From a virus, in the IMG/VR virus record IMGVR_UViG_3300045988_030912, positions 1 to 46,689 of that record: a stretch of DNA of 46,689 nucleotides. The stretch is one strand, 5' to 3'. Below the pieces are notes generated by a model. That model saw only the letters and a list, made by a program, of their open reading frames with translations, made no database searches and was not told the DNA's origin. Positions within the stretch are counted from its first letter, which is position 1. The number at the start of each line of letters is the position of its first letter. Shown here in pieces: positions 7,053 to 13,710 of the stretch. A program made the translations under genes and the position numbers.

Positions 7053-7631
7053 TTAGGCCGTTGGCGATGCGCTCGTCAGCTCTTTCAGGTTTTTGGCGGC
7101 ACAGCAGGAGCAACTCACACGGTCGAGCTTTTCGTAAAGCCCCTCCCAGTCGTAGCCTGCGGCATAGCATCCGGCGAGGCACTCTGCTTCAGTGATCCCC
7201 CACTCTGCGAGAGGGAACGCTTTGCCCGGCGCCCGCTCTTTAGCGAGACGCTCTGGCTCGTCGGCTGCTATGCCTATGAGGACGACGTTGCCCTTGTTGT
7301 ATTTGTCGAGTGCCTTGGTCTTTTCCGTTGTGCCCCATCGGACTCCTCGGGCTCCGCACCACGAGTAACCGCAGTGTGTGCCGCCGCCCTTTTCGTTGAC
7401 CGGCTTCTCGAACATGAGGTAGTCGAAACTGACGGCGGGGTGGAGCGTTGTGAACTGGATGCCGTTTTTCTTGCATAATTGGCGCAGTTGTTCCATGTGG
7501 CGATACATTTGCGGGAACTCCCACCCAGTGTCAAAAAATACGCACTCGTCCGGCGGTGTCCCTCTGCGGATTTCCTCGAGCAGCAGGAAGGTTGAGTCCT
7601 TGCCGCCAGACAGTGAGAGCGTTGTTTTCAT
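7053..7631 (-). CDS. PAPS-reductase / PP-loop ATPase family protein
   Basis: N-terminal SLSGGKDS PP-loop and a C-terminal Cys cluster (CSCCAAKN). The RBS is AAAGGAGG. Confidence 0.75.
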   Translation of the reverse strand: MKTTLSLSGGKDSTFLLLEEIRRGTPPDECVFFDTGWEFPQMYRHMEQLRQLCKKNGIQFTTLHPAVSFDYLMFEKPVNEKGGGTHCGYSWCGARGVRWGTTEKTKALDKYNKGNVVLIGIAADEPERLAKERAPGKAFPLAEWGITEAECLAGCYAAGYDWEGLYEKLDRVSCSCCAAKNLKELTSASPTA

Positions 7632-7888
7632 GTGGGTGCCTCCTTTCTCGAGATCCTGACGACGGTGACGAGGTCGTCGATCTCGTGTCTGGTGATGTAG
7701 GTGTCAGCCTCCTCGAGGCCGAGGTGCTGGAGCAGGCCCTCGGGCCCGTCCAGCGTGAAGCTCACGACGGCTGCGGCGTTGAGCCGGTAGATCGTGGCCT
7801 CGACGATGCAGGTGCCGCCGGCCTCCAGCTCAGCGGGGAAGGATCCACGGCAGAGGAGCGTCGCTCCATACCTGAAGGCGTCACTCAC
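7628..7888 (-). CDS. Hypothetical protein (GTG start)
   Basis: 86-aa ORF. GGAAGGAGG lies 8 nt upstream. ATGA overlap with the downstream gene. Confidence 0.6.
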   Translation of the reverse strand: MSDAFRYGATLLCRGSFPAELEAGGTCIVEATIYRLNAAAVVSFTLDGPEGLLQHLGLEEADTYITRHEIDDLVTVVRISRKEAPT

Positions 7889-8228
7889 AGCCGTCGCCTC
7901 CTTCCTTGAGGGTCGGCGACTTGCCGGTGGTGAGCCACGCCAGCCAGCAGGCCCGGCAGCTCACCTCGTCGCAGTGGACGACGCTGAAGCCGTCAGGGAA
8001 GGGCGGGCAGCAGCCCGAGAGCAGGTCGGTCAGCTCGCCGGCAGTGATGTCCGTCCGTTTGATGATCTCGATACCCGGGATGGGGCCGGCCGTCTGGCGC
8101 TCGCCGGAGGTGATGACCTCCTCGGCGATCCGCTCCATCGCCCGGGTGAACGCTTTGCGCGGGATCGAATTGCGGTACTTGTCGAGGGTCTCGCTGGTGA
8201 TCCGCGTGATGGTGTTGATCTTGCTCAT
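7881..8228 (-). CDS. Hypothetical protein (115 aa)
   Basis: Internal ATG at 8228 (MSKINTITRI...) preceded by AAAGGAG. The longer ORF-track N-terminus is Pro/Ser/Thr-rich junk that overlaps the upstream gene. Confidence 0.6.
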   Translation of the reverse strand: MSKINTITRITSETLDKYRNSIPRKAFTRAMERIAEEVITSGERQTAGPIPGIEIIKRTDITAGELTDLLSGCCPPFPDGFSVVHCDEVSCRACWLAWLTTGKSPTLKEGGDGCE

Positions 8229-8292
8229 GTATGTACTCCTTTCACCTTGGCCCGGCGGGGTGCCGGGGATCTTGGCTGCTTCGGGTGGGGCT

Positions 8293-8575
8293 TTATGTTT
8301 GGGCTGCTGCGTGGCGCTTGCCCCTGCGTCTGAGCCCCTCTTGTACTCGTTGCTGTGCGACGGTCGCGCTGTACGTCTGGCGGCCGTTGGCGTCGATGGC
8401 GGGCTCGCCGTACTCGTCGAGGACGACGCCACGAGCGAGCTCAGCGTAGGCCGTCCCCGTGTGAATACCCACGAGCGCGGCGATGTCGGCCACTCGGGCG
8501 CCGGCAGCGTACTCACGCTCAAAAACTTCGCGATCTCGCAGGCTCAAATACTTGTAGGGTTTCATGGTCTCGCCT
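8293..8575 (-). CDS. Small helix-turn-helix DNA-binding protein, first gene downstream of the early promoter
   Basis: ATG at 8575 (MKPYKYLSLRDREVFEREYAAGARVADIAALVGIHTGTAYAEL) with AAAGGAGG upstream. Confidence 0.65.
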
Positions 8576-8643
8576 CCTTTCCGGGGATTGCCCTGTTTTT
8601 GCATAAAAAAATTGCGTCGAAAGCGAGCCCCGAGGGGTTTCGT

Positions 8644-8705
8644 CTTTCTTCGCAATAATTGTATTACTCCGCGCCCGCTTTGTCAAGTAGTTATTGCGAA
8701 AAAAG
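8644..8705. repeat. Imperfect 17-bp inverted repeat (15/17) bracketing the early promoter; candidate operator or recombination site
   Basis: ctttcttcgcaataatt (8644-8660) matches the reverse complement of agttattgcgaaaaaag (8689-8705). The core TTCGCAATAA / TTATTGCGAA is perfect. Confidence 0.7.
8658..8686 (-). promoter_or_regulatory. Sigma-70-type promoter (TTGACA - 17 nt - TACAAT) reading into the early genes
   Basis: On the minus strand: TTGACAaagcgggcgcggagtaaTACAAT. It lies in an AT-rich intergenic region. Confidence 0.7.
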
Positions 8706-8717
8706 TCAAAAATATTT

Positions 8718-9758
8718 TTAGGCGGCGGCCATGATGGTCTCCAGATGCCCCTCAAACCGGGCCGCAGCGGTCTCGAAGTCGAAGATCTCGCGGGGGTAGT
8801 TGTTGAGCCATGCCTCGATCCGGGCGACCTCCTCCTTGCTGACGCTGGCGAAGCTGGTGCCCTTCGGGAGCCAGCGCCGGATCATGCGGTTTTGGTTTTC
8901 GTTGCTGCCGCGCTCGTATGAGCTGTACGGGTGGCAGTAGTAGACCTTCGTGCGCTTACCCTTGCCCCGGCGCTTCTTCTCGATGCCTTCGCAGTCGGAG
9001 AACTCGACGCCGTTGTCGCAGGTGATGGTCTTGAAGATCTCGGGGAAGTGTTTGCCGAACTTCCACTCGATGCGGTTGAGGGCCTTCACGACGCTGGCCG
9101 TGGTGCGGTCAGGCATGAGGAGCATGAACTCGTAGCGGGTGAGCCGCTCGGTCAGCACCAGCAGCGTCTCCTTGGCGTGGCCGGCGCTGACGATGGTGTC
9201 CATCTCCCAGTGTCCGAAGGTGTCGCGGGTGTCGACCTCGTCCGGCCGGTTTTCGATGCTCTCGCCGGCGGGCGGGCGCGTGACTCTGACCTTGCGCTTG
9301 GTGTTCTTCTTTTTCGGCTTCTCGGGGAGATCCTCGATGGTGATCCGACCAAAGACGCCGAGCTCGATGTAGCGGTAGAGGGTGGGCTTGCTGATGGTGA
9401 CGGAGAACTCGAGGCCGAGCCGCTTGATCTCGCCGAGGACTGCGCCCGGGCTGTATCGCTCGTCGGCGATCTTGGTCTCGATATAGTCGGCGAGGGCGTA
9501 GTCGTTGCCGAGCTTGATCGGGGCGCCCTTGGCCTTCAGGTTATCCCGGTAGCGCTCGTCGGCGATGTCCGGGCTGTATCTGATCTCGGTTGTGTAGTCG
9601 CTGTTCAGGTGCTCATAGGTGCCGCGCTTCAGCTCCCGGTAGACGGTGCTAACGTGGAAGCCGAGCTCGTCGGCGGCCTGCTGCTTGCTCTTGCCGGCCT
9701 TGATCTTTTCCTCCAGCCGGATGCGGTCGGTCATGGTCAGATGTCTGAATTTTCCCAT
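8718..9758 (-). CDS. IS30-family DDE transposase/integrase (346 aa)
   Basis: N-terminal HTH (SKQQAADELGFHVSTVYRELKRG). DDE triad context: HWEMDTIV, ITCDNGVEF, YSSYERGSNENQN. The RBS is GAGGAGG. Confidence 0.9.
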   Translation of the reverse strand: MGKFRHLTMTDRIRLEEKIKAGKSKQQAADELGFHVSTVYRELKRGTYEHLNSDYTTEIRYSPDIADERYRDNLKAKGAPIKLGNDYALADYIETKIADERYSPGAVLGEIKRLGLEFSVTISKPTLYRYIELGVFGRITIEDLPEKPKKKNTKRKVRVTRPPAGESIENRPDEVDTRDTFGHWEMDTIVSAGHAKETLLVLTERLTRYEFMLLMPDRTTASVVKALNRIEWKFGKHFPEIFKTITCDNGVEFSDCEGIEKKRRGKGKRTKVYYCHPYSSYERGSNENQNRMIRRWLPKGTSFASVSKEEVARIEAWLNNYPREIFDFETAAARFEGHLETIMAAA

Positions 9759-9782
9759 TTGAAGATCCTCCTCGATGAATAG

Positions 9783-9811
9783 AAAAAGGGGACGGCCGCC
9801 GGCCGCCCCCT
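9783..9811 (-). terminator. Intrinsic terminator between the XRE gene and the IS30-like gene
   Basis: On the minus strand: gggggcggccggcggccgtcccc followed by TTTTTCT. Confidence 0.6.
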
Positions 9812-9824
9812 CGTCTGCTTGGTT

Positions 9825-10088
9825 TTATCGGTTGTCGTAGCTTCCGAGCTGCTCCAGTGTCTCCTCGTCGGTGACGATGTCGGCCAGCTTGCACTCCAGC
9901 GCGTTGCACAGCTTCAGGAGCGTGACCAGCTTGGCCCCGTTCAGATCCCTGACGCCCTGCTCGTAATTCTGGAGCACGCGGGTGCTGATGTCTGCCGCGG
10001 CAGCGAGCTGAGACTGCGAGAGGCCGCGATCCTCGCGCAGCGCTTTCAGCCTCTCGTTTTTGTAGGTCACATCGATCTTGATCTCCAT
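9825..10088 (-). CDS. XRE-family HTH transcriptional regulator (87 aa)
   Basis: LKALREDRGLSQSQLAAAADISTRVLQNYEQG is a classic HTH_3 pattern. Confidence 0.85.
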   Translation of the reverse strand: MEIKIDVTYKNERLKALREDRGLSQSQLAAAADISTRVLQNYEQGVRDLNGAKLVTLLKLCNALECKLADIVTDEETLEQLGSYDNR

Positions 10089-10103
10089 GTCATGCCCTCC
10101 CGC

Positions 10104-10133
10104 TTGACTTTGCCGTGGTTTTGGTTATATAAT
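10104..10133 (+). promoter_or_regulatory. Plus-strand sigma-70-type promoter (TTGACT - 18 nt - TATAAT), divergent from XRE 9825..10088 and convergent with promoter 10356..10384
   Basis: cgcTTGACTttgccgtggttttggttaTATAATaaagg. Confidence 0.55.
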
Positions 10134-10164
10134 AAAGGCGGTGGGTGGGATTTCCCCACCGCCT
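10127..10164 (-). terminator. Intrinsic terminator after the 38-aa ORF
   Basis: 10-bp stem aggcggtggg / cccaccgcct. On the minus strand it is followed by TTTATTATAT. Confidence 0.6.
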
Positions 10165-10168
10165 CGGC

Positions 10169-10285
10169 TTACTGCTTGGGTTTCTGGTTGGGCTTTATCG
10201 TGATTGTAATGGTTGCCACATTCTCGCACGTTAGAGCCTTTTCCAGCAGCTCGAGCAGTTTTTTTATCTGCTCATTGTTGTCCAC
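10169..10285 (-). CDS. Small ORF (38 aa, GTG start), predicted helical and non-hydrophobic
   Basis: AAAGGAGG lies 7 nt upstream of the GTG. Translation: VDNNEQIKKLLELLEKALTCENVATITITIKPNQKPKQ*. Flanked by a consensus promoter and a terminator. Confidence 0.5.
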   Translation of the reverse strand: MDNNEQIKKLLELLEKALTCENVATITITIKPNQKPKQ

Positions 10286-10355
10286 GGCGTTGCCTCCTTT
10301 CTGCGGTTTTGGTCTCCTTTCTTCGTTTACTCGGCTATCCCTTGCCTGTGATTAT

Positions 10356-10384
10356 ATTATACATCAAATGATGGATAATGTCAA
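10356..10384 (-). promoter_or_regulatory. Perfect-consensus sigma-70 promoter (TTGACA - 17 nt - TATAAT)
   Basis: On the minus strand: ctcTTGACAttatccatcatttgatgTATAATataatc. Confidence 0.75.
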
Positions 10385-10410
10385 GAGAAAAAGGGCATTT
10401 TTTCGTGATT

Positions 10411-10451
10411 TTTCAAGAAGAAAAGCAGCAGGAGCGCGGCCCCTGCTGCTT
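10411..10451 (-). terminator. Intrinsic terminator after XRE 10451..10696
   Basis: Stem aagcagcagg / cctgctgctt overlaps the stop codon. On the minus strand it is followed by TTCTTCTTG. Confidence 0.6.
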
Positions 10452-10696
10452 CATTCTTCGATGCTCAAAAGGTGGTAGACGGTGACGCCGAGGGCGTCGG
10501 CCAAATATTGCAGCTCGTAGTCAGCGACGACCCGGTCGCCGGTCTCGATCCTGCTGATCGCCTTCTGTGTGATGCTCAGACCTGCGAGCTGGATCTTGGC
10601 GGCGAGCTGCTCCTGAGACAGTCCAGCCCGCTCCCGCGCCGCCCTGACCTTTTCGCCCGATGCGTTGCACCGACCGTCCGGCCGGTAGATTTTCAC
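10451..10696 (-). CDS. XRE-family HTH regulator (81 aa, GTG start), candidate prophage repressor
   Basis: VRAARERAGLSQEQLAAKIQLAGLSITQKAISRIETG. GAGGAGG lies 7 nt upstream. It is divergent from the only plus-strand gene. Confidence 0.85.
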   Translation of the reverse strand: MKIYRPDGRCNASGEKVRAARERAGLSQEQLAAKIQLAGLSITQKAISRIETGDRVVADYELQYLADALGVTVYHLLSIEE

Positions 10697-10719
10697 AGCT
10701 TCGCCTCCTCTCTTTCTCC

Positions 10720-10789
10720 TATTATCCCAAAGATGGGTAGATCATATTGACGGTACCACGCTTTTCGTGATAATATTATCCCAAAGATG
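10720..10789. repeat. Two copies of a 16-bp direct repeat, tattatcccaaagatg (10720-10735 and 10774-10789); candidate operators
   Basis: The two copies are exact and spaced 54 bp apart, start to start. The second overlaps the -10 region of the plus-strand promoter. Confidence 0.7.
10747..10776 (+). promoter_or_regulatory. Sigma-70-type promoter for the plus-strand gene (TTGACG - 17/18 nt - ATAATA/TAATAT)
   Basis: tatTTGACGgtaccacgcttttcgtgATAATAtt. Confidence 0.55.
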
Positions 10790-10835
10790 ACTAAAGGCGA
10801 AAAAGCGGCAGAGTCATCGGGAAGGAGGTGTTCAG

Positions 10836-11582
10836 ATGGGAGCACGTTTCAGAAAAAGCAAGAAGGTCGCGCCCGGTGTGCATCTGAATATCAACAAAAA
10901 CAGCGCGAGCGTCAGCTTCGGCCCGAAGGGCCTGAAGCATACGGTCAGCACCACGGGCAAAAGCCACACGACGGTCGGGATCCCGGGGACGGGCCTGTCC
11001 TATACCGCCGGATCCGGCAGCCAGTCGGGGAGCATCCCCTCGGCGCAGCGGCCGACCTCGCCGAAAAGCAAGGGGGTCGCGCTGGCGCTGTGCATCTTCC
11101 TCGGGATGTTCGGAGTGCATCGGTACTATGTCGGGAAGATCGGCACAGGCGTGATCTGGACGTTTACGGCCGGCTGCTTCGGTATCGGCTGGATCGTTGA
11201 CATCTTCACGATCATCGGCGGCGGGTTTTACGACTCGACCGGGCGCGTGCTGCGCTTCAGCCCGACCGAGGACGAGTTGGAGCAGGCGCAGATCATCGCC
11301 GACTATGAGGCAACCAGCGCGGCCGAGCTGTGGGCCCGGTGGGGCGACCACTTGCAGTACAAGCCGCAGCAGGATCGGCGTGACCGCGCCCTCAACGGCG
11401 ACCTGATGCCCGACGTGGTGGATCTGGAGAAGAAGTGCGCCACGTTCCTCGGTGGCAGCGGCAAAAAGTACGCCACGACGCTGATCGGCTGCACCTGCCC
11501 CGACTTCGAGGAGCGGGAGAAGCCCTGCAAACACATTTACTGGCTGGCCCATGAGCTCGGCCTTGACGTCGGCGAAGAATAG
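10836..11582 (+). CDS. DUF4236-like N-terminus, TM2 two-helix membrane domain and C-terminal SWIM zinc finger fused in one protein (moron; only + strand gene)
   Basis: MGARFRKSKKVAPGVHLNINKNSASVSFGPKG...GIPGTGLSY, then FGVHRYYVGKIGTGVIWTFTAGCFGIGWIVD, then CTCPDFEEREKPCKHIYWL. The RBS is GGAAGGAGG. Confidence 0.8.
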   Translation: MGARFRKSKKVAPGVHLNINKNSASVSFGPKGLKHTVSTTGKSHTTVGIPGTGLSYTAGSGSQSGSIPSAQRPTSPKSKGVALALCIFLGMFGVHRYYVGKIGTGVIWTFTAGCFGIGWIVDIFTIIGGGFYDSTGRVLRFSPTEDELEQAQIIADYEATSAAELWARWGDHLQYKPQQDRRDRALNGDLMPDVVDLEKKCATFLGGSGKKYATTLIGCTCPDFEEREKPCKHIYWLAHELGLDVGEE

Positions 11583-11592
11583 GCCAGAACGC

Positions 11593-11634
11593 AAAAAAAG
11601 CCCGCCCGGGATCACTCCCGAGCGGGTTTTCTTT
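11593..11634. terminator. Bidirectional intrinsic terminator between the convergent moron and endolysin genes
   Basis: AAAAAAA, then stem cccgcccggga / tcccgagcggg, then TTTT. Confidence 0.7.
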
Positions 11635-13009
11635 ATGCCTTCTTTTCGGTGTAGTCGAGCGAGATCCAGCCGGCTCCGCTCTTGAGCTTGCCCCACTTGG
11701 AGGCGCCGGTGCCGGCAGACTCGGCGACGATGGTATAGACGCCGCCGTCCCGGATCTGGCCGGTCGTGGCGTAGTTGGTGCCGGGCCCCTTGCGGATGTT
11801 CAGCACGTCGGCTGTGATCCTCACGAGGTAGGGCAGGGCCGCAGCGGGCTGGCCGCCGGTCTGCTTGCCGCCATACTTCTTCAGGAAGGTCTCGCCGTAC
11901 TGCGCCCGCTTCTGCTGGACGCTCTCGCCCTGATTGGCCGGGCGCTCGTAATTCAGCAGGACGGCGTCAGACGCCTCCCTGACGGTCTGCGCGTGCTTCA
12001 GCGTCCGAAGGACAGAGGGATAGCTCTCGCTGAGCTCCTTCCAGAGGAAGCCGAGCTGCATCTCGAGGTCGCCGATGGACGCCTTGCAGCTCTTGGCGTA
12101 CTGCTGGAGGGCCTGCTTGCGGCTCCAGTATGTCCACTGGGCCAGACCGTAGCCGGCCGAGTCGCGCACGAAGTTGGTATAGGTGCCGGCGTCGACCGCT
12201 GCCGTGTATTCGGCGTCGGTCATGCCGAGCCTTTTCTCGTAGGTGTTTTGCAGGTTGGTCGGGCGCAGGGCGCTCTCGGCTTGCAGGTTTCCCATCAGGC
12301 CGGCAGCGCCGCACTCGCTCAGGCCCTTGCCGATCAGGAACTTCCAGATCGCCGCAGCAGTGTCCGTGGTGCCGGTGCTCGGCGCAGGGGTGGAGGGCTG
12401 GACGGTGGGCGCGGTGGTGCCGAGCTCAGCCGCCACGGCCTTCCTGAAGGTATCCATGCTGAGGCCGTGCTTCGGCCACCAGTGCATGACGTCGCCGTGA
12501 TTGCTGGCGATGCCGCGCTTGTGGCCCTCGCTGTGGCAGATCAGCACGCCATCCTTCAGGGGGTCGAGGTTGTACTTTTTGCAGAGGAAGGCACACAGCT
12601 CGACCGCCTCGGTGTAGACCTTCTTCAGGTAGCTGGCGTCAGTCAGGCCGTCCTCGCAGATCTCGAAGCCGATATAGCCGTTGTTGTTGGCGTTGGCTGC
12701 GCTGCCCTTGGAGCCGCTGCCGCTGTGCCATCCGACCATATCCCACGGGAGCGTCTGATAGGTGGCGATGCTGCCGTCCTTCAGCTTCCCGATGAAGGCG
12801 TGGACGCAGACGCTCCGGCCGCCGGGCTTGTTCGTGTTCCAGTGGTTTCCGTACTGATTGACGCCGAGCCGGCCGTCGTCGGGGCCGACGTAGCGCTTCA
12901 GGGTAGGGTTGTTGGCGCCGGTGCTGTGTACCATGATGCCCCTCGGGGTCATCTTCTTGCCCGACTTATAACAGGCGTTTTCTGTCAAAAGCAGGGTATA
13001 TAGTTTCAT
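11633..13009 (-). CDS. Multidomain endolysin: N-acetylmuramoyl-L-alanine amidase, phage-tail-lysozyme-like domain and SH3
   Basis: PRGIMVHSTGANNP... (amidase_2/PGRP-like). GAAGLMGNLQAESALRP...GYGLAQWTYWSRK (lysozyme-like). C-terminal LNIRKGPGTNYATTGQI...WGKL (SH3-like). Confidence 0.85.
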   Translation of the reverse strand: MKLYTLLLTENACYKSGKKMTPRGIMVHSTGANNPTLKRYVGPDDGRLGVNQYGNHWNTNKPGGRSVCVHAFIGKLKDGSIATYQTLPWDMVGWHSGSGSKGSAANANNNGYIGFEICEDGLTDASYLKKVYTEAVELCAFLCKKYNLDPLKDGVLICHSEGHKRGIASNHGDVMHWWPKHGLSMDTFRKAVAAELGTTAPTVQPSTPAPSTGTTDTAAAIWKFLIGKGLSECGAAGLMGNLQAESALRPTNLQNTYEKRLGMTDAEYTAAVDAGTYTNFVRDSAGYGLAQWTYWSRKQALQQYAKSCKASIGDLEMQLGFLWKELSESYPSVLRTLKHAQTVREASDAVLLNYERPANQGESVQQKRAQYGETFLKKYGGKQTGGQPAAALPYLVRITADVLNIRKGPGTNYATTGQIRDGGVYTIVAESAGTGASKWGKLKSGAGWISLDYTEKKA

Positions 13010-13067
13010 GCTGCACCTCCTTGATGCTGTGAAAAAGGGGCGGGCCTCTCGGCTCGCCCCTTGCGCG

Positions 13068-13382
13068 TTATTCGATCGTCAGGCCCTCGGTGTTGAGCTG
13101 CTTGACGGCCGCCTCGATGGCTGCGTCCACGCTGGCCTCGTTGATGGTGAAGCCCTTATCCTTCAGGAAGTCGAGGACGTACTGCTTCTTTTCCTCGCCG
13201 CGCCCAGCGCCGGTGTAGAGCTGCTCAGCGGCAGCGACGCCGATCTTGGCCCATGCAACCAGCTCACTGCGCTGCTGCGCGGTGGTCTTGCTCTTGATCC
13301 ACGGGATCAGGAAAACGCTGACCGCTGCGGCGATCAGGGCGATGCCTGCGTTGATGATAGGGGTGATGTCGATGGTGTTCAT
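13068..13382 (-). CDS. LL-H-family holin
   Basis: N-terminal TM helix (PIINAGIALIAAAVSVFLIPWI), then ...GEEKKQYVLDFLKDKGF...IEAAV. It lies adjacent to the endolysin. Confidence 0.75.
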   Translation of the reverse strand: MNTIDITPIINAGIALIAAAVSVFLIPWIKSKTTAQQRSELVAWAKIGVAAAEQLYTGAGRGEEKKQYVLDFLKDKGFTINEASVDAAIEAAVKQLNTEGLTIE

Positions 13383-13696
13383 CCTTTTGCCTCCTCGTCG
13401 TTGGTGATCGTGGCCCCTTCAGGGGCGTGGTGTGGGTTGCCGTCGGCGTCGAGCCCGTGGCGATTGCGGGAGATCTTCTCGCCGAGACTCTTGCCGGCGT
13501 AGGTTATCAGGTAGCCGATGCAGGCCATGAAGATGGTGCTCGTCAGCTCGCTGACGGGGTTGAGGCTGAATGCCGCGAGAATGTAGGACGCGGCAGCGCT
13601 GACCGTCGCCACGACGGCCGCCCATCGGGCGAGCAGCTTGCTGGTCTCGACCTTTTTCTTCTTTGTCCTGCGCCGGCGCTTGCGCTTGGCCGCCAT
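13379..13696 (-). CDS. Two-TM membrane protein (holin-like) with a poly-basic N-terminus
   Basis: MAAKRKRRRRTKKKK followed by two hydrophobic helices. ATGA coupling to the holin gene. Confidence 0.6.
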   Translation of the reverse strand: MAAKRKRRRRTKKKKVETSKLLARWAAVVATVSAAASYILAAFSLNPVSELTSTIFMACIGYLITYAGKSLGEKISRNRHGLDADGNPHHAPEGATITNDEEAKG

Positions 13697-13710
13697 GCGG
13701 ATCCCGCCCT

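Noticed and set aside
8600-9830. IS30-type terminal inverted repeats flanking the transposase gene, which would indicate a discrete IS insertion
   Set aside because: Comparing about 100 bp on each side by eye, I found no matching 20-30-bp inverted repeats. The only inverted repeat (8644-8705) lies entirely on one side and brackets a promoter. The question needs a computational check and remains open in the findings.
10169-10285. The 38-aa ORF plus an antisense promoter as a type I toxin-antitoxin, or as an arbitrium-like signalling peptide
   Set aside because: The peptide is charged and helical with no hydrophobic TM segment, so it is not a typical type I toxin. It lacks a signal sequence and there is no adjacent TPR receptor gene, so it is not arbitrium-like. 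It is kept only as a regulatory small ORF.
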